A program made the position numbers and the translations under genes. Under the pieces are notes generated by a model. It was not told where the DNA came from and ran no database searches. It saw only the letters and a list, made by a program, of their open reading frames with translations. A DNA stretch of 63,011 nucleotides, the filler included, from Phoronis australis (Eukaryota > Animalia > Phoronida), in the NCBI GenBank assembly GCA_002633005.1. It is 7 parts of 7 records of this genome, joined end to end, with 100 filler letters (N's around TTAATTAATTAA, not from the genome) between each part and the next. Parts side by side here need not be neighbours in the genome. Positions count along the whole stretch, not along the records: positions 1 to 28,285 come from NMRA01001303.1; 6 more parts are not named here. One strand, written 5' to 3'. Position 1 is the stretch's first letter. Each line of letters starts with the position of its first letter. Shown here in pieces: positions 11,300 through 25,133 of this stretch.

Positions 11300-13780
11300 C
11301 CAATTGTTGCGTTCCAGTGGTTACACTCTGATTTTTCCAAATAAACGTTGCTGCAAAAGGAACTTACATGTACCTTCAAACTGAAGAAGGCGGGCACGTA
11401 AAGTTGTAGCCGTTATTTCCTCTTTGTTTCACTGTGACCAGAAGTTTTCAATTTAAATGTCAAATATCTCTCCTTGTACATTTCATAGACGAAGCAATTG
11501 AGCTGGAAGTGGTTTCCAACCTCTTTGTAAACTGAAGATACCTGTTCCTTTGTTAAACAGTAGCGATGTTTTGTCAGGTTTTTTGTGCTAATTGGAATAA
11601 CTTCTATATTGGACTCATACGTAGACTCTTGCGACTGACTATCACCTCAGACAAAAGCAACATCTATGGGCACGGTGACAGAAACAGTCGCCAGGCTCAT
11701 TCAGTCAATATTAACTGCAAAGAGCCTGTAATAAATTATTGTACCTTAATCTAAAGAGTCACTGGCCATTCAAGACCAGTGTGCATAGCTAAGTGACCCT
11801 GCAGCTATGACGAGGACCTCTTTAGTATTTCGTAACATTTTTGTTGTACTCATTTCACTTCATTGTTGGATCCGATCACTCATGTTCCAAAGGCAAATTT
11901 GGCCATTTTTCGAGGCTCCAACATAGCCTGCACACCAGTGAGCGTCGTATGGCAAGTTTTGTTTTCTCAACACTTTGTTCTCTTACACCAGTCTGCATAT
12001 TTGATGTGTCAGAAATATGTCTTTGACTGTCATTTTTCTACTTTTTAAAAAATCTTGAGTGGTAGATAGTCCAAGTTATACATTGTCAATGAAAACATTT
12101 CTAAATAGTTTAATGAGTTGTTAGAGTGGCCTATTAAGTCATCAGTAAATGGTGGAAGATCAAAGCTAATGTGTGTTGGTTGCAAACGGGAGGGGCATCA
12201 TCCGCCTACCGTAATCAAGTGGCAGGGACGTGACAATGTTTATGAAACATGCGTAATTGAACCTGCAAACACATCCAAAATCTTTTTAGAACCTTTGGAT
12301 GGTGGTTGTTTCCACCACTGACCCACCTGATGCCATCAGCTATCACTAATTGCCGATTCGATTTTGCCCTCTTTCATCGTTACCGACGTCTTCTGGTTAC
12401 ACGTATGACCTTGATCTAGATTAGAGTTCCCCCATCAACAGGTCCAATTAAACCGTTCAAGTAATAAGGTGTGACGTCATTGTCACTTCCTTCCTTTAGG
12501 CTGATGATATACCTTCCGGTTGCACCCATCACATGCGACCTTTGATTTTCGCCACCTATTGGCCTTTTTACCTCATTTCGAGTCTGCTTGTTGGCGTACG
12601 TCTCCAAAATCCCTGCTCTAAGGTTCATTGCGAAAACTGGTCCATGTTTTGCTACTCAGAAGGTCACACATAACGGTGTCTTTCGGAAAGCTCCAATTAC
12701 TGAGTCACCCCCAAGTTGCGGTTGCAGTTTTCCCTTGGTTTGCCGTTGTTTCGGATCATAAATGTCTTGTAGGAAGTTTTCGAATTTGTTTTTCTATTTC
12801 TAAGAACGTAACAACCGATAACAATTATATCCTGAGGGTATCACTTACCGTTGTGATCTCTATTTCATGCTTTTTACATTTACTCCCCATACTGGGAGCT
12901 CTTGGAAAGGTTTTCATGAAGCATAGAGACTTACTTTTTATTAGAGAGACCAGATTAACACCTTTTAAGATATATTGGACTCATTGTATGCCACATAGTG
13001 ACCATATTTATACCATAAGACTGTGTGTTCAGCCCCTTATCTATTGGATAAACCACTGTAAAGATATTTCTGAAAATTGGTATAAGTGTTCCTATTAGGT
13101 CCGGCTGGAATTTAAACTGGGTCCGGCTGATATGGTGCCCTCTCACGACAATTTCAACATTAAAACTGTGCCGTCCAATACTAGTTTCCTGGTGGATCAT
13201 CACAAAAGTTGGCATGGGCATCTACTGGAGAGAGTACACGTGACGTGGAATTTGGGTCAAATCTCACTACTGCCGGGTTCGCTAGCTATACTTGTTTTCT
13301 ATGAATATACATTGAAATCTACATGTACCTAGTTCTTTGATGGGTGTTCCTGAAATCGTGCAACTAAATTGTCATTTCGTATACAACAACACAATGTCTG
13401 TTTCAGATGGATTTGACCCTTCTTCCCCCCTTGTATCGTTTCCGCATTTTTGTGTGGACTGCTTCCCTTTACCAAATTTATTGCAGGATCATAAAAATGG
13501 CAGGACGTGTTCCTGACTTGCTTTGCACGTGAATTTACTAGGTTTGCAGCTCTATTTAGTGAGAGTGTTTGAAATAATGACATGCATGGTATGCAAAGCT
13601 CACACTTGGTGCAGATTAACGTTCCACGTTGCTCTTATTTTATCCGTTACTTCCGGAATACCTTTGACACATGTCACATGTCCCAATCTTGCTACAAAAT
13701 ATCGTATTGGCCCGGGTGTAAACGTTCTTCTCGCCTATGAACTCGATTTTTCTCATTTCCTTTAGTGTGAATTCGAAATT
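11300..13780 (-). mobile_element. Highly decayed Gypsy (Mag-like) LTR retrotransposon internal region, in the intron that splits the DED
   Basis: Minus-strand remnants in gag-protease order: EKNVYTRANTIF (gag KNv.yeR..F-like), CIRNDNLVARF, degenerate knuckle YKYGHYVAY, protease-like FPKDT and VMGATG. Many stops; boundaries approximate. Confidence 0.45.
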
Positions 13781-14325
13781 ACTTTCATTTTTTGTGCAGT
13801 ATTTTCTGTGAAAATTAGGTTTTAGTACAAGTTCGCCTATAACGGACAATAGATTCAAATAATGACATCGACTTTAATTTTGAGATTTCGAGTTTAGACT
13901 CAAATTTTTAAACCCCAGTGATAGTTTCATGAAGTGCAATCTCAGGTTAGACAGATACCCACCTTCGCCATTGCGTATAATATTAGACCATTTTCTTGCA
14001 TAAGGTGGACTAGAAAATTACAAAAGTGCGGTTGCGATGGATATTGATTACAAAATTTAGACTTCGGAGTCTACTCACAACCTAGGGTGGGTATTATAAC
14101 GTAAATTAAATAATAAGGAAACCGTTCTTGTCAACATTAAATTGATTCTCAATCTCACAGTCGTCATAGCGCGCTGAATTAAGTAGACGTACGTAACTGA
14201 AATTTAAGTTTAAATGTTCTAACGAACCGTTCCTAATCAGACTTACAAGTACATGTACATGTATATGGGCAGTCTCCAGGCTTGATTTTCGATTGACGTG
14301 GTCGTGAATGGTTTGTTGTTTTCAG

Positions 14326-14498
14326 ACCAGCACAACTAGAGAAAATAACAGACACTTTGGAACTTCTAGACCAGTTCGAGAAGCAAGAGATTATTAAATG
14401 TGGGGAGTATAGAAACTTAATCGATATGCTTGGCGTGCTCAATTTGAACCAACTGAAGGGTCGAGTGGAAGGACTGTCACGTGCTATAAATGCACTAG
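14326..14498 (+). CDS. Exon D of the ZU5-UPA-DED gene, C-terminal half of the DED
   Basis: ttgttttcag|A...CTAG|gtatga; phase 2 to 1. PAQLEKITDTLELLDQFEKQEIIKCGEYRNLIDMLGVLNLNQL matches DED helices 3-6 (klEki...ldlf..LEk...i......L.elL..i). Confidence 0.85.
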
Positions 14499-14797
14499 GT
14501 ATGAGGCAAGGGTTTGAAATATTTTCATATATTGGCGTCTTGTGAGTAGCTATGGTTGTCTCTTATTTGTTTGAAAAGAATCAATGTAGGGTGTGAGTAT
14601 CTCATTTAAATGCAAATAAACGTACTTTCCATTGCCAGAATTGCTATTTTTTAAGAAACATAAAACCGAGTATGCATCGTGTTGTATAGTACAATACGTT
14701 TTATGGATGAGATGTACCGCAACATGTTAAGCTTGTAATTGACAAAGGTTGTGCAATATTTGTTCCATTTTGTTAATTGCATTTTTTAAATTTTCAG

Positions 14798-14841
14798 GTG
14801 TGGATCTCCCAGCCACTGACGCCAGTCCCAACTTGACCTAG
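14798..14841 (+). CDS. Terminal coding exon E of the ZU5-UPA-DED gene
   Basis: Strong acceptor ttttaaattttcag|GT; phase 1; (G)VDLPATDASPNLT then TAG at 14839-14841. Confidence 0.7.
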
Positions 14842-15219
14842 CGTCCGCTGTGTTGGTCTTCATTGGTCTGATGGAATACAACCGTACAGGGGGCGATCAC
14901 TTTCGGCCGTGACACCAAGCAGCCCTTTGACAATGTGATCCAATACGTTCACATCATTGATATTTAACTACACATGTCCGTGAATCTTCGTCTGAAATTA
15001 TGCATGTATAAACTGTTCCGTGTCTAAGAGAACAGTTTGGCATCTGGAATTAAAGCAGTTGCTTTTACCTTTGGTTGATTTTGACAGCGAGGTGACAATC
15101 AGTATTGTTATTTATTCAGTTTCATTTTAGTTTATGCGCTTAGTGGGGGCGTCGCTTTTGGTATTTAAAACGTAGACTCGATAAACGTACTTCTTCATCG
15201 ATTGAAAGGTTCCTTGGAG

Positions 15220-15315
15220 TTAAGGTGGCCCTGAACAGTTGGACTGCGGCCGCGGCCAGTTTCAACTCCCAAATTATTAAAATCTGGGGTTTGGCCAAGC
15301 TCGGCTGGCATTTCT
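15220..15315. repeat. Dispersed repeat fragment containing a NotI site (inverted copy at ~59788-59880)
   Basis: ctgcggccgcggccagtttcaactcccaaatt...tggggtttggccaag is reverse-complement similar to cttggcctaccccaaaattt...gggagtgcaaattggccgcggccgcag. Confidence 0.65.
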
Positions 15316-18300
15316 CTTTTTTACGAGGGTCCACTCGGCAAGTGTGAAAGCCAAAACAAGTTATATACAATGCGACCTACTGGAGTTACAAATGCAGTTC
15401 TCGGAAAATGGTAATCGTCTCGTCTGCTGTTCAGTGAGTGGAAGATTCAACCTCTTTTGGGAGAGTGCGAGGAACCGACATATATGTAATTTTTTCAGTA
15501 AATAGAAATTGAGAAAAACACAAGTTAACCAAAAAGTATCTCAGAGTTACATGCAGTATATTGTGCAGCAGTATAGAACAGTAAGTAAACAATAAACATG
15601 TGAAATTATGTCCATTCCCGTCAACGTACTCTCTCCTTAGGTTTAGAAGAACAGGGCGATTGGTGACAGCTTGTGGAGATATTTCCGTGATAAAGATAGC
15701 ACGCTCACAATTAGCTATCTCAGATCACTTTCTGTTTTCAACCACCAGACTTGAGCAGACTTTCGTGTAGGTGTGTCTTATGGGAAAGTCATTTAGCCAT
15801 GTACAATGATTTCGAATGGTAAAAAAGCCACAGGTCTGATGGATTTTGGGTCGTGGGTTTTGGGGGTCGAGGGTGTTGTGAAGAATCCCTCAAATATTCA
15901 TATGATTTAACAATATTTGTATTGTAATATTATTCAGTCATAATACATGTAAATGACCAACTTTACCTTCTTCCAGCCTCTATTTCATCTCTGGAAATTT
16001 ACCTTGGGACGCACTCATTTACGTTCGACCTTTATGTCAAAAATGAATGTTACTTTATTGGTACTAAACTCGTACACTGTATCCGAAGCACGCTTTACGG
16101 GTTGATTGAGAGATTGGATACGACATAAGTATGCGGCTTCAACAACATGACGTCAGATGGATCTAACAATGCTAGAAATATGTGTCAGTAAGAAGTATAC
16201 AGCGCGTGTAAGATTCAGTCAAATGCCTAACATATACGCGCATAATTAATAGCAAAGAATGTTTCTTCAAGAAGAATGCTTGGTGATTTTATTTTGTCTT
16301 TAAACGTCCTTTTTACGAATTCCCATAATATACCCAACTCTCAGTCCAAAATTTATCGATTATAAGGTAGGTTGGATCCATGCAGATACCCTAGGTGACT
16401 TGTGAACAGTTTGGCTAAACGTTGCAGATTGCAAACTGCACCATTGTTCAAACACCCAGGCTGTCAGCAAGCGCTAGCGGTTAACAATACAACTAACATG
16501 TCGCCTTTTAAAATATTTCCAGATTTGTCACTAGCATAACAATTGGCATTTCTTAGTTTTCAAACGCTAAAATTTCAGTCACAATTAGATGTTTTTTGTA
16601 ATAAGCTCAGCGTGACATCAGGTCACTGATCAGGTAGTGCTAACTTGTTCCTGTATTCTTCTGCAGAAACGGAAGGTTTGATCTTTTTAATCTACCAAAA
16701 CACAATTAAAATAAAAAAATAGTTAAGAGCAACTTGATAACCTTTATATACCAATTAAAAACTTGAGTTGTCAACTGATTTGTTGACGACGCAATGAATA
16801 TTTGGTGAGTATGACACATGTGAATCGTACATATACATGTAGTTTGTTTAAGCCAGATTGTGAACGCAAATTTCTGAGAAATAAGTTACCATCAGATTTA
16901 AGATTTCACTTGAAATTATGTAGCAGATTAATTTAGAACGTTATTTCAAAGTCAATTGCCATAATGTCCACGCTGACAAAAACAGTAAATGAATATAATT
17001 TTTGAGAGAAGAAAGGTCAAGGTTTATAAATTGCACTTAATACTTACGAGTCATTGTTATCATAACAGTGCAAATCTTTTACATGTAAGTCTCTATTTGT
17101 TTTTACATAACGGTACGTTCATAGTACAAAAACCCTCGACTTAATGAAACATTTTAATGTCTCTTAAAAACGTTGCTAAGAATTTCGATTACTGATTGAG
17201 ATGACATTCTACCCCAAATTAACTTTTAAAATGTAAGGCGGGATTGAGAGTTTTTGTTAAAAAGCAGTGGTCGTTTTCGTCTATCGCACAGTTCAATAAC
17301 ACTTGGACAATAAGAATCCAGACAGCGTATTTGAAATTGACTGAAAACTTTCAATGAAGTACACAGAGCCGTTTTCAATAACTCGTGCTCCTCAGTTCAG
17401 ATAAAAGCTATTTGCATAAATATAACACTTGTTAGAAAATAATTTGCAAGTACTCTGCTATAACCCCAGTAGATATCGATAGCGTATACTGTGCAATGTA
17501 ATTTGTTTTTACTTTGCGATGTCTAAATATTCAAACTTAACACTAACGACCGACGTCATGATGATGGGATATTTTTAATCTGTGTCTGTACGCAAACTTC
17601 ATAAAGCGGTGTCCATGCCTTTTCTTTTCATTAAATTTCACATGGGCGTGGGAAAGCATCACACCCAGTTGCTGCAAATCCTGCACGATATCAACGCGCT
17701 AACTTAAAAAGCCACTGATATCAAGAAACCAACTAAAAGTAATAACAAAAATTATGCGAGCAACATCAATACAGTGAAATGTCGAATTACTGATGTACTC
17801 CACGGAATTTGTGGACGATATACAATTTAAAGCAATGGAACATAAAATCGCACATCGTCACGGAACACCTAGTTTACAGTGTACTTGTTCTGAACGGCCG
17901 TATGCACGCAAATCCACAATTCTCACAGGATCAAAATTACGCATGCCTTCGCTTTTTGTATCATCTTTCTATGCTATGAACACCTCGTTGATGGAATGTT
18001 ATGGCGACTCTGAATGAAAGGACTTCGGGTACAAACGGAAGTGTTCTAATCACGGAGGGAGATTATATTTCAGTGACCGATTTTTACTTTTGATCGTTGA
18101 TAATAGTAAACACATTTCCAGGCTGGAACTCATGCTTTTCTGCCATATAAAAGCAAGATCTCGATTTCCAAGGGAACTAGAAACGAAGACAAGCAGTTCA
18201 TTCACACAGGTACTGAATATTGAAAAATACTTTTAGAATTTCTAAGCAATATGCTACATATCCTTGATGTGGCACTAAACCAGCCTTTGGCCATCAAATA

Positions 18301-18974
18301 CACTACTGTTGATTTAGAACTCATTTTGTTTTAAAACTGTTGTCATAGTGTGCTTTACTGGGGCATGATTCCTTTAACATAATAAAGCCCAGGCCCTGCA
18401 CCCCAGTTCACTTCAGCGATTTGCGGTTATCGCCAGGACTCTGAACTCAATCAATACCTCACTCTTCGGCTTGTAACGTTGTTTTCTTGTTTTTTTATAT
18501 TATATTCTGTTAATTACTTACTTGTTTAAATTTTAGAGTGTTGTCTGACACTGTTGTTGTTTAATGTACAGATACAAAAAGCGGACGCAGTGGTCGGATG
18601 ATGGAATTCTTCGATGCTCTTTAACTCTATCTAGCTGTTAAACTCTAAACCTGTTTAAGGGCAAACATCCAATAACTTGTAACTGTATTTACATGAATTG
18701 CGCCGTTAGCTATTTCTTTAGATCTGGATTTGTTAATGAGTACATGTAGCACTCATCACGAATTTTCATCCGACCAGTCGGCTAGGAGTATACAGTGGGA
18801 TGTCACGGATGATGGTTTCGTTGTGGAAGCGTGGCTGGACGACCTATTCCAACTGCAGCAGATGTCCGTTCCTACATGTAACATTCAGAATATAAATCCA
18901 GCTTAACACACGACACATGTTCTTACAAAGTGAACATGTATATCGCCAAGACTCCTATTCGTGTACAGTTGTCT

Positions 18975-20425
18975 GCATTGTTTTATCACCTACTCTTTTT
19001 GCACTGTTCATAAAAGATTTGGCAGCGAAATTTAAACAGTTAAATTTAGGTTCGGATAATGATTCATCTTTGTTTTATACCGATGATATATTAGTAATTG
19101 CCGAAAGCGAAGAAAATTTACAGGCTTTATGGAATATAGTTGCCGAATGGTACTCTAAATGGAGGCTAATTGCCAGTCAGGAGAAAATTACACTTCAGAT
19201 CCAAGCATACATGTATCTCTCTTAGTCTATATCCTTTTCGGTTTGGCCGATTAGATCTAGACTATGTGCCCATTTACAAATATTTAGGAATAATTTTAAA
19301 TGAACATTTAACGTTTTCTCAAACTGCTAAAAGTCAGAATCTGCCACGAAAGCTTCCGGCGCTTTAATTAAAACTTTTAAAAGAATAAAAATATGAGGTA
19401 CACAACATTCATTACATTATTCAATGCATGTGTTGTGTCTGGTAGTGATTATTGTGTAGGTCTCTGGGGTGGCTCTAGTTTACAGCCTTATAATGTCATG
19501 CACAATAGAGCCGCGATATTTTGCTTGGGCGTTAACATATTTGCTTCTAATCATGCTCTTAAATGTTATGGGTGGGAATTCCCCAGTGTTCGGCGGAAAA
19601 TTGGGCTTCTGAGAAGGTGGAATTGTGTTATTAATTTCGAGTAAGAAAAACTAACATATCGAATGTTTTGGTGGGACTACACTGCCTGAAGTAATAATCG
19701 TTAATCTGAAGTTTTGAGGAATTGGCAATTTCGGATTTTTTTTCGTAACTTTCTCGTACATTCAGTTAATCTCTCTCGCTATGAGAATAGTTTGCATTAT
19801 TTGGCTTGTAATAGGTGGCTGTTTGATTGCCGTTTGAAACCAAAGTTAAGAACTTATGTTTTGTTGAATACTGTTTTAAGTTCATTTAGACTCAACAGGA
19901 CCTAGTAGGTCAATTCTTGCTCAAAATAGAACAGGATCCCCCCAGCTATTGGTTAAGGTTGGGCGTTTTTGTTCTCTGGATTTTCATGGTAGAAGTAGTT
20001 GTCTTTGTCAAACTGGTTAAGTTGAAACTGAAGTACTCTTTGTGTTTGAGTGTCCGTTTTTCTTATATGCCTGAAACACCTTTTGAACTCAAATTGAGAT
20101 TCAATATCCTTGGTTTTGCGCAGAAAGCTGTGAAGGTAAATTAATAACAGTTATGCAAAATGTGGTATCAGTAAACTTCAGTTTTTATCAAAAATATTTT
20201 TGAAATCAGGATTTTTTATATGATCACTTTTATCATTGTGTTCTCTTTTTGGTCCCCTTGCAATGTGTGCACACTTGTTTGTTTCTCTTTTGTTTTTTCA
20301 TGTGTCTAAAGTGACTAATAAGCCCCGTATAGGACTGGGTGTTCTTGTTTTGTTACGTATGAATTGTTTAAATCTACTTGAACACATGTGACTCTAAAAA
20401 AAAATTACTTATACTTACTTATTTA
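18975..20425 (+). mobile_element. 5'-truncated, decayed non-LTR retrotransposon (CR1/L2-group RT, C-terminal region and 3' tail)
   Basis: LSPTLFALFIKDL, FYTDDILVIAESEENLQ, YKYLGIILNEHLTF, KPKLRTY spread across frameshifted ORFs; short (TACT)n-like tail near 20405-20425. Confidence 0.85.
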
Positions 20426-21699
20426 GTGTAACAATAAGTTCACATGAACTTCAACGTCTTACCACCAGTCGATCTATGTGCTAGGGTTGCAGAATGGAGA
20501 TTTCAATAAGCAATACTTCACCAGTGACCATCCCGGCTCTATTGCACACTGACATGCTCGTGAAAATGAAGTGAACATTGATCTACAACCTGCGGCGTGG
20601 CAGGCAACGTTAAAACCCTCACATGTTTGTGTGTCACCATATGTACCGGCATTTTACATTGCGCATCCAACGAATGTCAAAATGTGGCTCAATATAAGTC
20701 AGACTGAGTAAATCATTGTCTCCTCATATTCACGGGTACATTGTCAGTACAATGTACCAATTCAGTGTCCTGTTGGTTTGAAAGCTGCAGAATTTATTGC
20801 TTGCCGTCTCAGGACATTGGCCAAAACGAGGCAAAGGGGCTACCGGCTTTTTTGTTCATTTTGAAAGAAAGTGATTTCCTGAAACTGAAGAAAAATGTTA
20901 ATTTTTTAATGTTTATTATGAATCATTCAGTACAATAAAAATATTTTTCAACAGAAATCTCCAAGAGGCATTGTATCTGGGCTAAATACCTACAGATAAT
21001 AACAATTCTTACTTACAACTACACAAATTAAAAAAAATATGTTAAGATGAGATGTAGTTGTGAAAGTTAATAAATAGTTTTTATACTCGTATACAATTTT
21101 ATCAACTCAAATAAAACTATTTAATATTAAAAAGAAGTTTTGATAGTACAAAGAAAAGACATAAACAAATGATATGACACGTCAAGATGACAATGTGACA
21201 GTAAATCGGGACAATTACAAAGGCGGATTTAGAGTCCCAGAACAGGCCCCCCCCTCCTCCAGGGGCACGGTCAAACATAATGAAAAGTTTTTGTCATGCC
21301 GATTGTACAGCTTCAACAGGAGTTGTACTCTAAATCATGCAGTTGCTCCCCCTAACGGCATCCCCTATCCGCTATTCTTTAACATACATGTACACCCAGT
21401 ACAGAAGCCTCAAATTAAGCATGATTGATAATAGTTTGAAAAATTCAGACGCAATGAATAACAATAGACAATACTGTGGCTCGTGTAAGCATAAACACTT
21501 GACACACAGAAGAATGTCATAGGCATGGGCCTTATGCATCTATTATTAAGGTAATATTAACCATGAGGGTAACGCCACCAATTCACAATGCTTTCCATGG
21601 GGGCTCCTAGACATTGGCATAGGTCTGTCCAATTACATGTATATATGCAAGCATCAACACTTGACAGACTGAAGACAATATCATAGGGATAGGCCTGTA

Positions 21700-21930
21700 C
21701 AAGTATATGTGCAACCATCAACATTTGACACACATAAGACAATGTCATTGGCACAGGCATTTACAAGTATGTTATCCAGCAGCTGCTTTAATATGCAGTC
21801 GATGAACACTTTGAAGAGAGTAGGCGAAGTGGCTCCAACTTGAGGAGCATCTCTAGTGAGACGAGCATTCAGGCTAGATATGGTTTTCTCAAGCTTATCT
21901 GTTGCTGTCTGATTGCTCAACGAGTGCATA
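21700..21930 (-). mobile_element. Decayed non-LTR RT fragment
   Basis: PQVGATSPTLFKVFID...ACANDIVL = degenerate PQGxxLSPxLF...YADD. Confidence 0.65.
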
Positions 21931-24867
21931 TTACGTCGCGTAAGCCCTTTGATAACTGCACATTTATTACATCTCTCTAGTGACTGAACTGAGTACTTGT
22001 AATACGTGAAAGGTGCTCAATATCCATGTTGGAAGACGTACAGCATGTTTGCTATGCAATTTATTATGGCGTTTGAACAGAGATACCATTATGCTTTGAT
22101 TTATTAACTGATGGCACCGAGGAAGAACATTTAAGAGTTCTTTTCTCTGAAAGTGCAAATTACACAAAATGATTAGATTAAGATATGCAATTTTCATCAT
22201 ATTTTATGCGTACTTCGTATGAAAGAAAATTATACCAAGCCCAACAACGAAGGATTATGTTGCAATTTGAAAGTTTCTGACGGCAACTTTTAGGTCAAAA
22301 AATAACAAAGTCGGTTATGTTGATTTGCAATGGTAATAAAATTGAATACAATTTAGATTGCTGATATACGATCATTTAACTTGTAAAGCAACTGTTGCGT
22401 TGAAAAACAACAATATTGTCGATGGAGAAAGGCGAAAAGGGAATGCGTTGCGTGGGCCANNNNNNNNNNNNNNNNNNNNNNNNNNNNNNNNNNNNNNNNN
22501 NNNNNNNNNNNNNNNNNNNNNNNNNNNNNNNNNNNNNNNNNNNNNNNNNNNNNNNNNNNNNNNNNNNNNNNNNNNNNNNNNNNNNNNNNNNNNNNNNNNN
22601 NNNNNNNNNNNNNNNNNNNNNNNNNNNNNNNNNNNNNNNNNNNNNNNNNNNNNNNNNNNNNNNNNNNNNNNNNNNNNNNNNNNNNNNNNNNNNNNNNNNN
22701 NNNNNNNNNNNNNNNNNNNNNNNNNNNNNNNNNNNNNNNNNNNNNNNNNNNNNNNNNNNNNNNNNNNNNNNNNNNNNNNNNNNNNNNNNNNNNNNNNNNN
22801 NNNNNNNNNNNNNNNNNNNNNNNNNNNNNNNNNNNNNNNNNNNNNNNNNNNNNNNNNNNNNNNNNNNNNNNNNNNNNNNNNNNNNNNNNNNNNNNNNNNN
22901 NNNNNNNNNNNNNNNNNNNNNNNNNNNNNNNNNNNNNNNNNNNNNNNNNNNNNNNNNNNNNNNNNNNNNNNNNNNNNNNNNNNNNNNNNNNNNNNNNNNN
23001 NNNNNNNNNNNNNNNNNNNNNNNNNNNNNNNNNNNNNNNNNNNNNNNNNNNNNNNNNNNNNNNNNCAATATTTACTATAAACATCCCATGGATCTTACAA
23101 CTGTGTCAACACGTGTCAAAACATGCTAATCTGATATAATTTGCATTGGCATCAGTTGCACAATGATTTTACCTCTGACTATTTTTTCCAGTAATTGATT
23201 TCCTACGTCGGAAAACAAGCGCCATCGATCAGGTGTTTACCTAAACTATAGGTCGAATTTTTCAATAGGCTGGTCGATCAATGTGGGATAAGACCGATAC
23301 TTTTAATTAGAAGAACATAATGACATGTCTCTTGCTCTAAATTCCTGACGCTGAAACATATAAAATATGGATGAAAGAAATATTCGATCGATGAGCATTG
23401 ATTAAGCTGTCTCTCTGCCCTTGCAGTTTTAATTCTTGATTACAAGGCGGAAATGTTTTGTATGAACTGCCTTATTATCAATGGCGGAATACCGCTTTTT
23501 ATTCCAATGCCGGGGATGCAAACTTGTCTTCGATGTACAATAGAAAACGTTGGGTTTTAGGCTTTCTCCAATACTACAGGCATTTCTATTGACGGATATT
23601 CGGAAAAAGGCTCTTCAAAAACGTAAAATGTTATCTCCCGTATTTTTGTAAAGGAACAGTATTTTAGGAGATTGTATCAAGCATTCTGTGTTCCAATTTA
23701 AATCTTTTTATCTATGGTAGTTGTATTGCACTAACAATTATCAACCCTTTAATTTTCACTCGGTGAGCACAGTTTATTTAAAACTGTACTTTATGCTGTG
23801 CAAATACAGTTAGTTACTAACAAAATTCCAGCATATCTCCTTAAATGACATTCACGTATGGGATCAAGAATATAACATCTTACCAAAATAAAAAATATTT
23901 AACAACCACCTACATTTCAATTAAAGTTATCCCAAAATATGCCCACGGGCTCACTTTAGGCTGCGTTTATTTTTTGGCGATTCCAGATGATGTTTCGGTT
24001 CGGAATTTGTGTCCGTTGGGAGATTCGACTGGATCCGTGTAACATGAGTTATCTCCGAAGTCAGACTATAATGTACCCAGAAAAAATGTCTGCACTGACA
24101 GCAAATTGAGTGATTTGGGAGCATAATGTGTACTACCATTCTTGCTACACTCATAGTTGTAATTCAAAATTCACACAAAATTGTACGTTTACAACATGTA
24201 GCTGTTGAAATGTATCATTTAGCGAACTCCATTCACCAAGCAAGAAAACGATCGCTGTTGGGTAGTAGAGTCCATGTAAATGGTAAATGTACTTATTTAT
24301 CCCTCATTTTGTGTGGTTGATAATGTTGCTTTTGATTTCAGTGTACATACCTGGACGTATATCTTATTTGTATGTCCTTGTAGTGGTTGGTGTGTTAGCA
24401 TTTACAAAAAGGTTCCCTGCCATGAAACGCTATTCTTCTATTAAGTGGTTGCTGTGTCATAATCTGAAGAAAATTTACATCTTCTTTTGAGTTAAATAAA
24501 CACTTCCGCTTCATTTCGTAATGTTGGCTTTAACACATGATGGTTCAGCTAAAACTTAAACCCAAATACTTCTAATCTTACACAAGCTAAAATATTTTCA
24601 AATTTAACTGAGCTTTCAATTGTTTTTTAGGTCATTTTTATTTCTGAAGTGCACCACAGTCTAAATTGTCATCGTTTTGAGAAAGGCCTAACACTTTGCT
24701 ACTAGATGTGTTGTCAATACATGTAGGTTTGACAGTTTGATTTTTAAAGTCCTTATTTACTCTAACTAGATATTTTTAGACTTTTGCATTCTCTTAAATA
24801 AAATATAGGAGACTCTTATAAATTAGGTTATCTGATTTGTGGGGAAATATGCAGAGTGCAAATTTAC

Positions 24868-25133
24868 TTTCCAATGACGTTTAAACATGGATTGACGAGG
24901 GTTATCAAAAGGTAACAGTCCATCTGTCCCAAGAATTTCAGCAGTTGCATCCATACATGTGTCTGTAGAGCAATTGCCAGGGTTTGTTTGCTTAACATTG
25001 AGCCATTGGTTGACAGACCGTTTGCAATCTAATAATATATGTTTAAAGTGTCTATTAGATCTGTGGGAACGTTTGATGACCGTGTACGCCATGTCTAACT
25101 GGTAATCGTACTCATAGACTTCTGCCCCTTTTG
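24868..25133 (-). CDS. Probable exon of an unidentified (possibly decaying) gene
   Basis: ttttattttttaag acceptor, AAA|gtaaat donor, 266 nt open: KGAEVYEYDYQLDMAYTVIKRSHRSNRHFKHILLDC...FDNPRQSMFKRHWK. No family recognised. Confidence 0.4.

Noticed and set aside
18030-18215. Promoter-like cluster (cggaagtg, tataaaag, donor acag|gtactg)
   Set aside because: Short motifs with no downstream exon identified; not supportable from sequence alone.
22353-23129. Long ORFs of 230-243 aa (also 2409-2925)
   Set aside because: They are translations through N gaps.
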